A stretch of 64,000 nucleotides of DNA from Fibrobacterota bacterium (GTDB taxonomy: Bacteria; Fibrobacterota; Fibrobacteria; UBA11236), in NCBI GenBank assembly GCA_043753995.1, contig JAYUVP010000058.1:1-64000 (forward strand), written 5' to 3'. Below, piece by piece: positions 48,813 through 59,423 of this stretch. Position numbers and translations under genes: made by a program. Position 1 is the stretch's first letter; the number at the start of each line of letters is the position of its first letter. The notes under the pieces are model-generated. The model searched no databases and was not told the origin of the DNA. It saw only the letters and a list, made by a program, of their open reading frames with translations.

Positions 48813-50558
48813 ATGCTCAACTTGCTGGTCTCCCTCTTTTTGCTATTACTCGCCTCGTGTTCGCCATCCCCTGAAAAGGAGGCGAATACGATACGTGTTG
48901 CCATCCTTGGCAATATCAAGTCCTTCGATCCCGCACAAGCCAGCGATCAATACAGTATCAATTGCCAGAATCAGGTTTATGAGGCGCTCTATGAATACCA
49001 CTATCTTGCCCGTCCTTATCGAGCCCAGCCCTTATTAGCGCGGGCATTACCAACTGTCACAAATAGCGGTCTAACCTATATCTTGCCTATACGAACCGAT
49101 ATTTATTTCCAGGACGATGCCTGTTTTCCAGGTGGTCGTGGCCGCCGCATGACGGCGCAGGACTTTGTCTACAGCGTGAAGCGCCTGGCCGATGTGCGTA
49201 CGCAAACCACGGGCTGGTGGGTTTTGGACGGCAAGGTGGAAGGATTGGATGCCTGGCGACAAGCTTCGGAATCCCTACCCGATTTGCCGGATACCGCGGT
49301 GCCCGAACTTTATTCGCGGCCCGTCGCGGGTCTGTTTGCTCCCGATGACAGCACCGTGGTGATGCACCTCACTCATGCTTATCCCTATTTCAAAGACCTT
49401 TTGGCCATGCCTTATTTAGCCGTCGTGCCCGTCGAAGCGGTTTTGCATTATGGCGAGGAGTTTTTGAATCATCCCGTGGGCACGGGGCCTTATCGCCTGA
49501 CGGAATGGCGACGCAGTTTGCGCCTACGCTTTGCACGAAATGAAAAATATCATGCGGCGGTTTATCCCTTGGAGGGCATGCCGGGAGATAGTGCTGCCGG
49601 GCTTTTGCGCGATGCGGGACAAATTTTGCCTTTGACGGACCGTCTCGATATCGGCATTTTCGAAGAGACCCAGCCCATGTGGCTGAATTTTTTGCGTGGG
49701 CGTCTCGATCGCGCGAGCATACCCAAGGACAATTACAATGACGCGGTCACGTCGGAGCGTTTGCTGCGTCCCGATTTGGCGGAAAAGGGTATTCGCCTGC
49801 TGCGCATGCGTGAGTTGCGCACCGATTATATCAGCTTTAATTTGAAGGACAGCGTCTTGGGCAAGCACAAGGCATTGAGACAGGCCATGGCCTTGGCCTA
49901 TAATGTCGAAGAAGTCATTGAGCGGTTTTCCAATGGCCGCGCCATTCGCGCCCAAAGCCCAATACCACCTGGCCTTTTCGGCTATGACACCGCCTATGCC
50001 GGACCTTATGGCCATTACGATTTGGACGCCGCCAAAACCAAATTGGCCGCGGCGGGATTTCCGGGCGGAGCGGGTTTGCCCGCTTTTGAATACCTGTCGG
50101 TCTCTGGCACCGACGCAAGGCAATTGGGCGAATATTTCGTGCAAAGCATGGCGCGCCTAGGCTTGCAAGTGAATTTGGTTTCTTGCACCTGGCCTGAATA
50201 TCTCGATCGCCTGCGCAAGGCCAAATTTCAAATCGTCGGTGCAAGCTGGGGAGCCGATTATCCCGACCCCGAAAACTTCTTGCAATTGCTTTATGGCCCC
50301 AATCAGCCGCCGGGAGAAAATAATTCCTCCTATCGCAGCGAAGGTTACGATAGCGCCTATCGAACCATGGCGGTTATCCCCGATTCCCCCCAGCGCTTGG
50401 CCTTGATACGCCATATGCAAGAACTCGTCTCCGAGGATTGCCCTTGGATATTGACGCGCCACCGCGTTCAAGAAAGTCTGGTTCAAGGCCGTTTGGAAAA
50501 CGTCCAATTGAATGCCGTCATCGATGCCCCATTCAAGTATTATCGAGTCCATCCATGA
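48813..50558 (+). CDS. Family 5 ABC transporter substrate-binding lipoprotein
   Basis: LLASC lipobox; FDPAQASD, YEALYEYHYL.RPY, HPVGTGPY, WGADYPDPENFLQL. Confidence 0.9.
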   Translation: MLNLLVSLFLLLLASCSPSPEKEANTIRVAILGNIKSFDPAQASDQYSINCQNQVYEALYEYHYLARPYRAQPLLARALPTVTNSGLTYILPIRTDIYFQDDACFPGGRGRRMTAQDFVYSVKRLADVRTQTTGWWVLDGKVEGLDAWRQASESLPDLPDTAVPELYSRPVAGLFAPDDSTVVMHLTHAYPYFKDLLAMPYLAVVPVEAVLHYGEEFLNHPVGTGPYRLTEWRRSLRLRFARNEKYHAAVYPLEGMPGDSAAGLLRDAGQILPLTDRLDIGIFEETQPMWLNFLRGRLDRASIPKDNYNDAVTSERLLRPDLAEKGIRLLRMRELRTDYISFNLKDSVLGKHKALRQAMALAYNVEEVIERFSNGRAIRAQSPIPPGLFGYDTAYAGPYGHYDLDAAKTKLAAAGFPGGAGLPAFEYLSVSGTDARQLGEYFVQSMARLGLQVNLVSCTWPEYLDRLRKAKFQIVGASWGADYPDPENFLQLLYGPNQPPGENNSSYRSEGYDSAYRTMAVIPDSPQRLALIRHMQELVSEDCPWILTRHRVQESLVQGRLENVQLNAVIDAPFKYYRVHP

Positions 50559-51487
50559 AGGCCTATTTGCTGCGCCGCCTATTGCAGATGTTGCCCACTC
50601 TTTTCGGCGTGGTATTGATCACGTTTTTGCTTTTCCAGGTGGTGGGCGGGAATCCCGTCTATCGCCTTTTGGGCAAGAATGCTTCGCCCCAGGAAATCGC
50701 CCGCATGTCCCATCAATTGGGCTTGGACAAGCCCATCTATGAGCGCTTCGGGCATTATCTCTTGCAATTAGCCCAATTCGATTTCGGTCGCTCCTGGGAA
50801 ACGCATCAGCGCATTTCGGCCATGATAGCCGATGGCTTGGGACCTTCGCTTTCCCTGGCGCTACCGGCTTTCGCCATGGGTACGGTGCTGGCAATAGGTG
50901 TGGCCTTGCTGGCGGCGGCTTGGCATCGGCGCTGGGTCGATCGCCTGCTCGTCATCCTTTCGGTTTTCGGCATGAGCCTTTCCTTATTGGCTGTCATCAT
51001 CGGAGCCCAATACCTGCTCGCCTTTCGCCTCGACGCATTTCCGATATCGGGTTGGGAAGCTGGCCTCGCGGGTTTGCCTTATTTGGCCTTGCCCATTTTG
51101 ATTTATGTGGTGTCGGGCATGGGCGCGGATGTCCGTTTTTATCGCACGCTTTTCGTCGAGGAGCTCGGCAAGGATTATGTGCGCGCCGCCGAGGCCCGGG
51201 GCATTCCCTTCGCGCGCGTGCTCTTGCGCCATGTGTTGCGCAATGCCGCCGTGCCCATTATCACCCAGCTCGCCATAGCTTTGCCCTATCTCTTCACGGG
51301 TTCGCTTTTGCTGGAAAACTTCTTCGGCATTCCCGGCCTAGGTAACTTGAGCGTGACGGCACTCAATGCCTCCGACTTGCCAGTGATACAGGCCATGGTG
51401 GTGGTGGGCGCAGTCCTTTATATGCTGGCCAATCTTCTGGGCGATGTGCTATATGCTGTCGCCGATCCTCGCGTGAGGCTGCGATGA
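50555..51487 (+). CDS. Peptide ABC transporter permease (OppB/DppB-like)
   Basis: YLLRRLLQMLPTL, LGLDKP, DFGRS, DYVRAAEARG, HVLRNA, DPRVR; ATG 50555 overlaps the SBP stop. Confidence 0.9.
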   Translation: MKAYLLRRLLQMLPTLFGVVLITFLLFQVVGGNPVYRLLGKNASPQEIARMSHQLGLDKPIYERFGHYLLQLAQFDFGRSWETHQRISAMIADGLGPSLSLALPAFAMGTVLAIGVALLAAAWHRRWVDRLLVILSVFGMSLSLLAVIIGAQYLLAFRLDAFPISGWEAGLAGLPYLALPILIYVVSGMGADVRFYRTLFVEELGKDYVRAAEARGIPFARVLLRHVLRNAAVPIITQLAIALPYLFTGSLLLENFFGIPGLGNLSVTALNASDLPVIQAMVVVGAVLYMLANLLGDVLYAVADPRVRLR

Positions 51488-52344
51488 AGGTGGCTTCCAA
51501 AACCGGCGGTCCTTGGTCCTTAGCCTGGGCCAAGCTGAGGCGCAATAAGATATTCTTGGTTTCTGCTGGCCTCATCGCCATTTACCTCGTGCTCGCTCTC
51601 GCGGCATCCTTGGGCTTGCTGGCCACGAATTTTCGCGAAGCCGTGGGTCCTGCCTATCAGGCTCCGGGTGGCGACTTCGCTTTCGGCACCGATGTGCTGG
51701 GGCGCAGCGTGCTGGCGCGCTTGGTGCATGGCGCGCGGCTTTCCCTGCTGGTGGGCTTTGTCACCACGGGCATAGCCATACCGCTGGGCGTAGCCTTGGG
51801 GTTACTGGCTGGATTTTCCCGCCGCTTTGTCGATCCGCTGGTGGTTTGGCTTTATACGACGCTGGATTCCATACCGACCATACTCCTGCTTTTGTCGCTG
51901 GCCTTGCTCATGCCCACGGGCAAGGGCATGCTCACCATTTGCCTGGCTCTCGGCATCACCTCCTGGGTCAGCACTTGCCGCATTGTGCGTGGCGAGGTGA
52001 TGCGCCAGCGTGAATGGCCTTATGTGCGCGCGGCCAAGGCTGTCGGCGTGCCTTCCTGGCGCATTGCCTGGAAGCATATGCTGCCGAATCTCTGGCATTT
52101 GATCCTGGTGCAGGCATCTCTGGTTTTCGTCTATGCCGTCAAAAGCGAGGTCATACTCAGCTATCTCGGCGTCGGCATTGTCGATAAGCCCAGCTGGGGC
52201 GTGATGATAGATGATGCCCGCTTGGAACTCGTCGGCCGCGGCGCTTGGTGGCAATTCACCGGAGCCACGGCGGCCTTATTCGTCCTGGTATTAGCCTTCA
52301 ACCTCTTCAGCGATGCTTTGAAAGAAGCCTTGGATCCGCGCTAA
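51484..52344 (+). CDS. Peptide ABC transporter permease (OppC/DppC-like)
   Basis: FGTDVLGRSV, RIVRGEV, YVRAAKAVG, HMLPN, PSWG, ALDPR. Confidence 0.9.
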   Translation: MKVASKTGGPWSLAWAKLRRNKIFLVSAGLIAIYLVLALAASLGLLATNFREAVGPAYQAPGGDFAFGTDVLGRSVLARLVHGARLSLLVGFVTTGIAIPLGVALGLLAGFSRRFVDPLVVWLYTTLDSIPTILLLLSLALLMPTGKGMLTICLALGITSWVSTCRIVRGEVMRQREWPYVRAAKAVGVPSWRIAWKHMLPNLWHLILVQASLVFVYAVKSEVILSYLGVGIVDKPSWGVMIDDARLELVGRGAWWQFTGATAALFVLVLAFNLFSDALKEALDPR

Positions 52345-52347
52345 GCT

Positions 52348-53517
52348 ATGCGACTTTTGCATACCTCGGACTGGCATTTGGGTCGCTTATTACATGAAGC
52401 TTCCTTGCACGACGATCAGGCCCATGCCCTCGATCAAATCGTCACCATGGCCAAGGAGGAGAAAGTCGACTTGGTGGTGGTAGCGGGCGATCTTTATGAT
52501 CGCGCCTTGCCGCCCGCCGAGGCCGTGGGCTTGCTCGATGATGTCTTGACCCGCTTGGTTTTGGATGCCCGCACCCAGGTTTTGCTGATTCCTGGCAATC
52601 ATGATAGCGCCCAGCGCCTGCTTTTCGGATCGCGCCTGCTGCGCTCGCAGGGAGTCACCGTAGTGGGACGTCTCTCAGAAGTGACGGAGCCGCTACGCTT
52701 TCGCGATGCTCATGGCGAAGTCGAGATTTTCGCCGCCCCCTATGTCGAGCCCGCCGAGGTGCGCGCCTGGCTAGGCGATGAGAGCTTGCGCGGGCATGAT
52801 GAAGCCTGGCGCGCGGTATTGGCAAAAATCCCCGCAGCCCGGACCGGCATACGTCGGATCTTGGCAGCCCATGCCTTCGTTGCTGGCTGCCTGGACGGCG
52901 AAAGTGAAAGGCCGCTCACCGTGGGTGGCAGCGGCTTGGTGGGCGCCGACGCATTCGCAGGCTGGAATTATGTGGCTTTGGGGCATTTGCATCGGCCCCA
53001 GCAAGTGGGCGAAGGCCCGCTTTGGTATCCGGGATCCCTTTACAAATACGCCTTCTCGGAAGGCCCGCAACGCAAAGGTGCCTTGCTTGTCGATGTGGAT
53101 GCGCAGGGGAAGGCTCATGTCGAGGCCCGCCCATTCGAAGTCCGGCGTGAAGTGCGACGCATCGAAGGTTTGCTGGAATCTTTGCTGCAAGCGCCCGCAA
53201 GTGCAGGAAGCGACGATTATATCGAAGCCGTTTTGCTCGACGATGCGCCTCAATTGCATGCCATGGAAAGATTACGGGCACGTTACCCCAATGTCTTGCA
53301 CGTGCAGCGCCCGAATCTCTTGCGATCGGTCGAAGGACGCGTGGGATTGCGCGGCGATCATCGTCGTTTCGACGATATCGATTTATTCCGCGAGTTCATG
53401 AAGCAGGTCTATCAACGGGAAATGACGCCCGAAGAGGAAGGGGGCTTTGCCCTGGCGGTGGCTCAGGTCGATAAAGTCGATCAAGCTCCTAAGGCCGAAA
53501 GCAACGGCGCGGTATGA
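52348..53517 (+). CDS. sbcD: Exonuclease SbcCD subunit D
   Basis: HTSDWHLG, AGDLYD, GNHDS, AHAFV, ALGHLH. Confidence 0.93.
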   Translation: MRLLHTSDWHLGRLLHEASLHDDQAHALDQIVTMAKEEKVDLVVVAGDLYDRALPPAEAVGLLDDVLTRLVLDARTQVLLIPGNHDSAQRLLFGSRLLRSQGVTVVGRLSEVTEPLRFRDAHGEVEIFAAPYVEPAEVRAWLGDESLRGHDEAWRAVLAKIPAARTGIRRILAAHAFVAGCLDGESERPLTVGGSGLVGADAFAGWNYVALGHLHRPQQVGEGPLWYPGSLYKYAFSEGPQRKGALLVDVDAQGKAHVEARPFEVRREVRRIEGLLESLLQAPASAGSDDYIEAVLLDDAPQLHAMERLRARYPNVLHVQRPNLLRSVEGRVGLRGDHRRFDDIDLFREFMKQVYQREMTPEEEGGFALAVAQVDKVDQAPKAESNGAV

Positions 53518-56500
53518 AGCCCGAACGCTTGCGTCTATGCGCCTTCGGCCCCTATGCGGGGCGTGAAGAAGTCGATTTCGCCGCCCTGGGCCAAGCGCCT
53601 ATTTTCCTGATTCACGGCAATACCGGCGCGGGTAAAACCAGCTTGCTGGATGCCCTGTGTTATGCCCTCTACGGCGATGTGCAAGGGGACGCCCGCTCGG
53701 GGAAATCCATGCGCAGCCATCACGCAGCCCCCGAAGTACGCACCGAAGTCGAATTGCATTTCGCGCTTGGCGCAAGGCATTTTCGGGCCTTGCGGCGTCC
53801 TGAATTTCAGCGTCCCAAGCTCAAGGGAGAAGGCTTCACCAAGGACGATGCCGAAGCCGAATTGTGGGAAATGCCGTCTTCCACTAAAAGTGGAAAGGAT
53901 GGGGGAGAGGTTGATGCGGAGGGGACGTCATCCGTAGGTTATCCACGCTTACTGGCCTCGGGTGTAGCCAAGACCAGCGAAGCCATCACCGGCCTCTTGG
54001 GATTTTCCGTCGATCAATTTCGCCAAGTGGTGGTATTACCGCAAGGCCAGTTTCAGCGGCTTTTGCAGGCGCCTTCGACTGAACGCGAAGCCTTGCTCGA
54101 AGCCCTATTCAAAACCGCGCGCTATTCGCGCATCCAAGACGCCTTGGCTCGCGAAGCCGCGTCTGCCAAGGCCAGGGCCGAAAACCTTTTTCATCAAAGA
54201 ACAGCCTTACTGCGCCAAGGCGAAGCGGAAAGCCTTTCGGATTTGGAAGCCAAGCGCGACAAGTTGAAAATCGATGTCGAAGACGCCCAATCCTTATGGG
54301 AGAAGTGCCGCCGCGTCGAGCAAGAGATTCAGGCCGCGCTCACGGAAGGCGAGGCCTTGCACACCGACTTTTCGCGACTGGATTCGATTCGCGCCAGGCA
54401 TTTGATTTGGCAAGTCGAAGCGCAAACCGTGGAACGACTTCGCCAAGAGCTGAAACAAGCCCAAGCCGCCAGCCATTTGGAAGGTGCCTATACCGCTTAT
54501 CTCTTGGCACAAGAGGCAGAGCAAGCCGAAAAGCAATCCGTAGCGCTTGCCACCAAGACTCGCGAGCAAGCCATGGCCTTGCATTCGCGTGCCGAACTCG
54601 CATTGCAAACCACCGAAGCCGCCGCCCGCGCCTTGCCCGATATGGAAGCGCTGCTGCGGGCTTTGCAATCCGCCGATGTCCTGCAAAAGGAATGGGTATC
54701 CATCGCGGCTGCGGCGAAGGGCGAGGAAAGTGCGTCCCAAAGCGCCGTCGCTGAATGGGAGCGCGGATCGAAATTGCTTCAAGAATTACGGGAGCGCATT
54801 CCGGTCTTGCAAGGCCAATATGCCAATGCTCGAGAGCTTTCGGCACGTAGCGACGAGGCTATACGCCTGGCCGAGGAGGCAGAAAAGCGATGGATGCGAA
54901 GGCAAGCGCTGGAAGCCATGCTCGCCGAGCAAAAATCCTTGGAGCGGAGCCATCAAGTTTCGCTGGCGAATCTTGCCAAGGCCGTTTCAGAATTGGAAAC
55001 TCGACGCCGCAAGCATGCCGACAAAGTGCAATTGCGATTGCAGTCCCAGGCCTTATTGGTAGCTCATGCCTTGGTGCCTGGACAGCCTTGCCCGGCTTGT
55101 GGATCCACCGAGCATCCCAATCCCGCCATCGGGGAAATGGTAGGCCTCGACGATGCTTCCCTGGAGAAATCAGCGGGGCAAATCGAACAGGGAGAAAACC
55201 AGGTTGCCGCTCTAGACCGTGAGGCGCGCGCTTTGGAATTGAAGCGCGGCGCCGTGGAAAGCCAGGTTCAGGCTCAAGTCATCGAGTTGGGTGAGGCCGC
55301 GATTTTAACTCTTGACCAAGCGCAGGCGGAATGTCGGGATAGGCAGGCCTCCGCGCAAATCGCCCGCGATAAAGCTTCGCAAGCCCAAAATGCGGAGCAA
55401 GATTTGGCGGCCTTGTGGTTGAGAGTTGGCCAAGGCGAAAAAAAAGTCGAGCATATGGAAAAGGTGAAAAGCGAGGCCCATGCCGCCTTGATTGCCGCCC
55501 GCACTCGTTTGGAAAGTTTGCGACAACAGTGGGAAAGCCTGAAAGCACAGGCCCTTGGTTTGGAATTCCGCGATAAGTCGATGGTTTGGCCCGAACCCGA
55601 AGACAGGACCGCCTGCCAAGTCCAGCAGAAAACGACCCAGCTTCGCATCACGACTTTATCTTCGGACACGATGGCCGCGCAAAAGCAAAAAGAAAATGCC
55701 GAGACCCAGGTGCGTCAGGCGGAAGCCTTGCTGAAGGATGCTTCCCTGCGGCTACAAACCGCTCAAGCCCGCGCCCTGAAGGAGCAAGAGTCGTTCTCCC
55801 AGCTTTACGCCCAAGCTGGTTTCGAAGACAAGTCGGCTTTTCTCGCCGCGCGCCGTTCTGAAGCCCAAGTCCGAAATCTTGAAGCGCAATGCCAGACCCA
55901 TGCCCAGGAAGGGCAAAGCTTAATGGATCAGGAACAGCAGACCCTTCGCAGCATAGCCGGACGCGAAAGACCCCAGCGCGATGCCTTGCGGTCCGCCCAC
56001 GCCGCCGCCCAGGAAGCCAGCGATCGTGCCAAGCTGCATGTCGGTGGGCTCAAACAAAAAGCGGCCCAGTCTGAGATTTCCCTACAGCAGCTTCAATCTC
56101 TGGAAAGCGAATACGGCGATGCGAACCGCCATCACGCTCTGGCAGCCAATTTGCATTTGGCCGCTTCCGGCAAAGGCGAAATAAAGCTCAGCTTTCAGCG
56201 CTTTGTGCTGGGGGCCTTGCTGGACGATGTTTTAGCCTTGGCCTCGGCCCGGCTCGATCGCATGTCACATGGACGTTACCTACTTGAGCGCGCCGTCGCC
56301 GCTTCGAGCGGGCGAAGCGCCTTCGGCCTCGACTTGGCGGTGGCCGATAGCTATACGGGCACACGCCGTCCCGCCGCCATGCTTTCCGGCGGCGAAACCT
56401 TTTTAGCCTCCCTGGCCTTGGCATTAGGTTTGGCCGATGTCGTGCAAGCCTATGCGGGCGGCTTGCGCCTCGACGCCTTATTCATCGACGAAGGTTTCGG

Positions 56501-56675
56501 CACCCTCGATCCCGAAGCCCTGGATCAAGCCCTGCAAGCCCTCGAATGCTTACGTGAAGGCGGTCGCCTCGTTGGCGTGATATCCCATGTCGCCGAATTG
56601 AAAGAGCGCATTGCCGCGCGCATTGAAATACAGGCCACCCCGCGCGGAAGTCATTTGCGAGTGAACGGGGTTTAG
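53514..56675 (+). CDS. sbcC: Exonuclease SbcCD subunit C (SMC-like ATPase)
   Basis: GNTGAGKT, LPQGQF, zinc hook CPACGS, LSGGE, FIDEGFGTLD, ISHV. Confidence 0.93.
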   Translation: MKPERLRLCAFGPYAGREEVDFAALGQAPIFLIHGNTGAGKTSLLDALCYALYGDVQGDARSGKSMRSHHAAPEVRTEVELHFALGARHFRALRRPEFQRPKLKGEGFTKDDAEAELWEMPSSTKSGKDGGEVDAEGTSSVGYPRLLASGVAKTSEAITGLLGFSVDQFRQVVVLPQGQFQRLLQAPSTEREALLEALFKTARYSRIQDALAREAASAKARAENLFHQRTALLRQGEAESLSDLEAKRDKLKIDVEDAQSLWEKCRRVEQEIQAALTEGEALHTDFSRLDSIRARHLIWQVEAQTVERLRQELKQAQAASHLEGAYTAYLLAQEAEQAEKQSVALATKTREQAMALHSRAELALQTTEAAARALPDMEALLRALQSADVLQKEWVSIAAAAKGEESASQSAVAEWERGSKLLQELRERIPVLQGQYANARELSARSDEAIRLAEEAEKRWMRRQALEAMLAEQKSLERSHQVSLANLAKAVSELETRRRKHADKVQLRLQSQALLVAHALVPGQPCPACGSTEHPNPAIGEMVGLDDASLEKSAGQIEQGENQVAALDREARALELKRGAVESQVQAQVIELGEAAILTLDQAQAECRDRQASAQIARDKASQAQNAEQDLAALWLRVGQGEKKVEHMEKVKSEAHAALIAARTRLESLRQQWESLKAQALGLEFRDKSMVWPEPEDRTACQVQQKTTQLRITTLSSDTMAAQKQKENAETQVRQAEALLKDASLRLQTAQARALKEQESFSQLYAQAGFEDKSAFLAARRSEAQVRNLEAQCQTHAQEGQSLMDQEQQTLRSIAGRERPQRDALRSAHAAAQEASDRAKLHVGGLKQKAAQSEISLQQLQSLESEYGDANRHHALAANLHLAASGKGEIKLSFQRFVLGALLDDVLALASARLDRMSHGRYLLERAVAASSGRSAFGLDLAVADSYTGTRRPAAMLSGGETFLASLALALGLADVVQAYAGGLRLDALFIDEGFGTLDPEALDQALQALECLREGGRLVGVISHVAELKERIAARIEIQATPRGSHLRVNGV

Positions 56676-56741
56676 AGCCGGTCTCAAAACTCCTTTTGCA
56701 GTCGCCCGGTTCAAGTTAAAGGGACTTTGTATTTTCGCTGA

Positions 56742-57128
56742 GTGCGCTTCCTGACATTGTTATTCATCGTACCCGGCTTAGGAATTTCCCAGCTTGCGGA
56801 TTCGAATGCGCAATGGAAACAGGAATTTCCTTCGCAGTTGGATACCATGACCTTGGACTCGATGGCAACGGAGACCGCTTCGGCTAATCAAGACACGCTG
56901 GAACTTTCGACCTTGACGGCCAAAACAAGTCGTAATGATTCTTTTAGCCGTGAGTTCAAGAAATATTGGGCCAGGGTGGAAAAGCAAGACGGATTCGATA
57001 AACTCAAGGAGCAGATCAACTCCCGTGACATCGATCGCAGTTGGATTCCCCACTTGTACTTTTTCGATTCTAACCTGGTTGTCTTCCCGTTTTGGTTTGT
57101 CTGGCGACAGAAGAACCGGGATAACTAG
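56742..57128 (+). CDS. Hypothetical exported protein
   Basis: N-terminal hydrophobic segment; TATTTT 6 nt before the GTG. Confidence 0.5.
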   Translation: MRFLTLLFIVPGLGISQLADSNAQWKQEFPSQLDTMTLDSMATETASANQDTLELSTLTAKTSRNDSFSREFKKYWARVEKQDGFDKLKEQINSRDIDRSWIPHLYFFDSNLVVFPFWFVWRQKNRDN

Positions 57129-57134
57129 CGCCTA

Positions 57135-57737
57135 TTAATCCCAGTCGAATCCTCCGCCGCCCCCTTTGGGAGGATCCGGATCGGGCGGATTTGGATCGAA
57201 GGTTTTCCAAATAGAGGTCAATCCGCAATTTAATAGGCTATCCGGGCGCAGATATAAATGCCCGGCGGCTATCAAGGTATCATCACGAAATTTCAAGACC
57301 GTTTCAGGCCGAAACATTTCTGCGGTATCGGGATCGGGGGGATCCGGAAAAACAAATTCCCTTTTGAGAATATTTTCGTCCAAAGAGTAATTTCCATAGG
57401 CTTTCAGGGATTGGGTCCTTGTGGTTTCCGTCCATTTAATACCGAGCAAATCGTATCGTACTTTATAGGTGAAAGGCTCAGGTGCTGTTAACACCTGTTC
57501 GAAATCATCCGTCTTCAGACTAAAGCAAAGATCCACACAATAAAAACTGGTTACAGGATTTTTGACTTCATGCCAGCATCCGGCAATGTCTTTTTTTTCA
57601 ATACGTCGAATGTCGCCCACGGTAATACTGGTTTGGCCGGTTAAAAGGTCTCCTAGGACACAGCTATTCCCAAGCAAGGCCATCCCAAGCGCCAGAAAGG
57701 CAATCGCCCATTTATAGACCTTTTGAAGCATTAACAT
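57135..57737 (-). CDS. Hypothetical lipoprotein
   Basis: LGNSC lipobox-like site; Pro/Gly-rich C-terminus. Confidence 0.65.
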   Translation of the reverse strand: MLMLQKVYKWAIAFLALGMALLGNSCVLGDLLTGQTSITVGDIRRIEKKDIAGCWHEVKNPVTSFYCVDLCFSLKTDDFEQVLTAPEPFTYKVRYDLLGIKWTETTRTQSLKAYGNYSLDENILKREFVFPDPPDPDTAEMFRPETVLKFRDDTLIAAGHLYLRPDSLLNCGLTSIWKTFDPNPPDPDPPKGGGGGFDWD

Positions 57738-57843
57738 TTTTTGCTAATTCACTCGCGGTTTAGATGAAGCTAGGTATTCACCCTACGATAATCCCGTCAT
57801 TTCGATCTATTTAGGTAAGCACATGTCATTTTAGCATAGGCTT

Positions 57844-57859
57844 GGTGACATAAGTTACT
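57844..57859. promoter_or_regulatory. Crp/Fnr-like imperfect palindrome upstream of the DUF2892 gene
   Basis: GGTGAC-ATAA-GTTACT. Confidence 0.35.
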
Positions 57860-57945
57860 GAAGTTACCCCCTTCACCTACTAGGTTGAATCTCATAGACA
57901 AGGCACCCAGGCAATATTGCGGGCCTTGTATCACAGGAGAGTCCC

Positions 57946-58131
57946 ATGGTTTGCAATGTCGGCGGTACGGATCGAATCCTTCGCATTCTTTTAGGCTTGG
58001 TAGTGGGCGCAGCGGGAATTTATTTCCAGAGTTATTGGGGTTTACTGGGTCTTGTATTTCTGGGCACCGGTATCTTTCGCTTTTGCCCCGCTTATTTGCC
58101 ATTTGGTTTTTCAAGTCAAAAAAACAAATAG
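57946..58131 (+). CDS. DUF2892 (YgaP-like) small membrane protein
   Basis: NVGGTDRILR..LG, TG...FCPAY.PFG; AGGAG RBS. Confidence 0.88.
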   Translation: MVCNVGGTDRILRILLGLVVGAAGIYFQSYWGLLGLVFLGTGIFRFCPAYLPFGFSSQKNK

Positions 58132-58199
58132 GGCTTTGGCGCTTATGCCAAGGGGTGGGGGATGGGAGCGTTTTTGCGGCCTCCCCCCGAAATAAATCG

Positions 58200-59333
58200 C
58201 TAGGTCAATACTTGCCTAGCAAAAGGCTCGATTTGGGCCCAAGCCGCTGCGGCTGGAAAATCTCTTAGGCAGCGTATGTCTCGGGTGATGCATTCCGGAT
58301 TCCGGCCCACATTGGCCCCGATGCGGCAGGGGCGGCAGGCTAAATCGTTGCGGCCCACCACGAGGTGGCGAAGGCGCCCACCAAGGCGATCGGCATGGCC
58401 ATAGGGGCCGGTGCGCTGGGCCGAAGTGGGTCCGAAAAAAGCCGCGCAGGGTATTCCCAAAGCTACCGCAACATGCATGATACCGCTGTCATTGCCGAGA
58501 TAAAGCCGCGCGCCGGCCACCACGCCTCCGAGATCGGTGAGATTGCGCGTGCGAATGTCGCGCAGGGCCTGGCCTTGCCCCGCCGCTTGAAGGCTGTCGG
58601 CGATGCTTTTACGTAATTCGTTTTCTTCGGGACCACCTACAAGTACGGCCTGCAAGCCGAATTGGTTATGCATGCGGGCAATCAAGTCAGCAAAAATTTC
58701 GGGTGGCAAACGTTTGTCGGACATGCCGCGCTCGGCACTCGATCCCGGATGCACGACGAAATAATCCGGGCCTTCCGAATCCTGCGGAGTTTTCGTGGGA
58801 GGGTGAGCGGGCAAGGGCCAGGTGAGGCGCACCGGCGCCGGTTGCTTGCGACCGATGAGGTTTTCTACCAAGGCCAGGTTTTGATCGGTGTCATGCGCCT
58901 CGGGATTTGCCTGCAAAGCCTGGGAAAAAGGCTCCGATAAAAACCCCAAAGATTTGCCCTGGGGATGCCGAAAGCCGATGCGTTGGCGTATGCCTGAAGC
59001 GAGGGCAAAAAGCCCGAATTTCCAGTGAAAGGTGGGGAAAAGCGAGAGGCTATGCGAATAGCCGTGCCGGCGAATGTCGGACAAAAGCCGCAAGCCGCGC
59101 CCCAAGCCTTCTTTGTCCGGATCCCAGCGATGGATGGCCCCAAACCAAGCGCTGGCTTCGCCCAATTCGGCGATGGCGCCTTTTAGAGCCAAAAGCCCCA
59201 GGTTATCCCGACCCAGGTGGCGGGACAAGAGGGCAAGTGCTGGGGTCGCCATGATAAAATTGCCCAAACCGATGGGACACATAACCAGAACCTTGGCATC
59301 GAGCGGTAAAACGGGAAAAGGGGTCTCAGGCAT
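58200..59333 (-). CDS. Glycosyltransferase family 9 (heptosyltransferase-like)
   Basis: GLGNFIMATPAL, VHPGSS, GGPEE, GNDSGIMHVAVALG, FFGPT. Confidence 0.9.
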   Translation of the reverse strand: MPETPFPVLPLDAKVLVMCPIGLGNFIMATPALALLSRHLGRDNLGLLALKGAIAELGEASAWFGAIHRWDPDKEGLGRGLRLLSDIRRHGYSHSLSLFPTFHWKFGLFALASGIRQRIGFRHPQGKSLGFLSEPFSQALQANPEAHDTDQNLALVENLIGRKQPAPVRLTWPLPAHPPTKTPQDSEGPDYFVVHPGSSAERGMSDKRLPPEIFADLIARMHNQFGLQAVLVGGPEENELRKSIADSLQAAGQGQALRDIRTRNLTDLGGVVAGARLYLGNDSGIMHVAVALGIPCAAFFGPTSAQRTGPYGHADRLGGRLRHLVVGRNDLACRPCRIGANVGRNPECITRDIRCLRDFPAAAAWAQIEPFARQVLT

Positions 59334-59423
59334 GAGAGGGCAAAGCTATAAAAGGCCCGGTTCGACTCTGAAATGAAGCTTTGGGCGTGTAGACTTTTTG
59401 ACTTCGGCGGCTAGATTGTTGCA

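Noticed and set aside
52348..56675. SMC-nuclease anti-phage/anti-plasmid system (Wadjet/Lamassu-like)
   Set aside because: Metallophosphoesterase plus zinc-hook ATPase is ordinary SbcDC, with no accessory defence genes.
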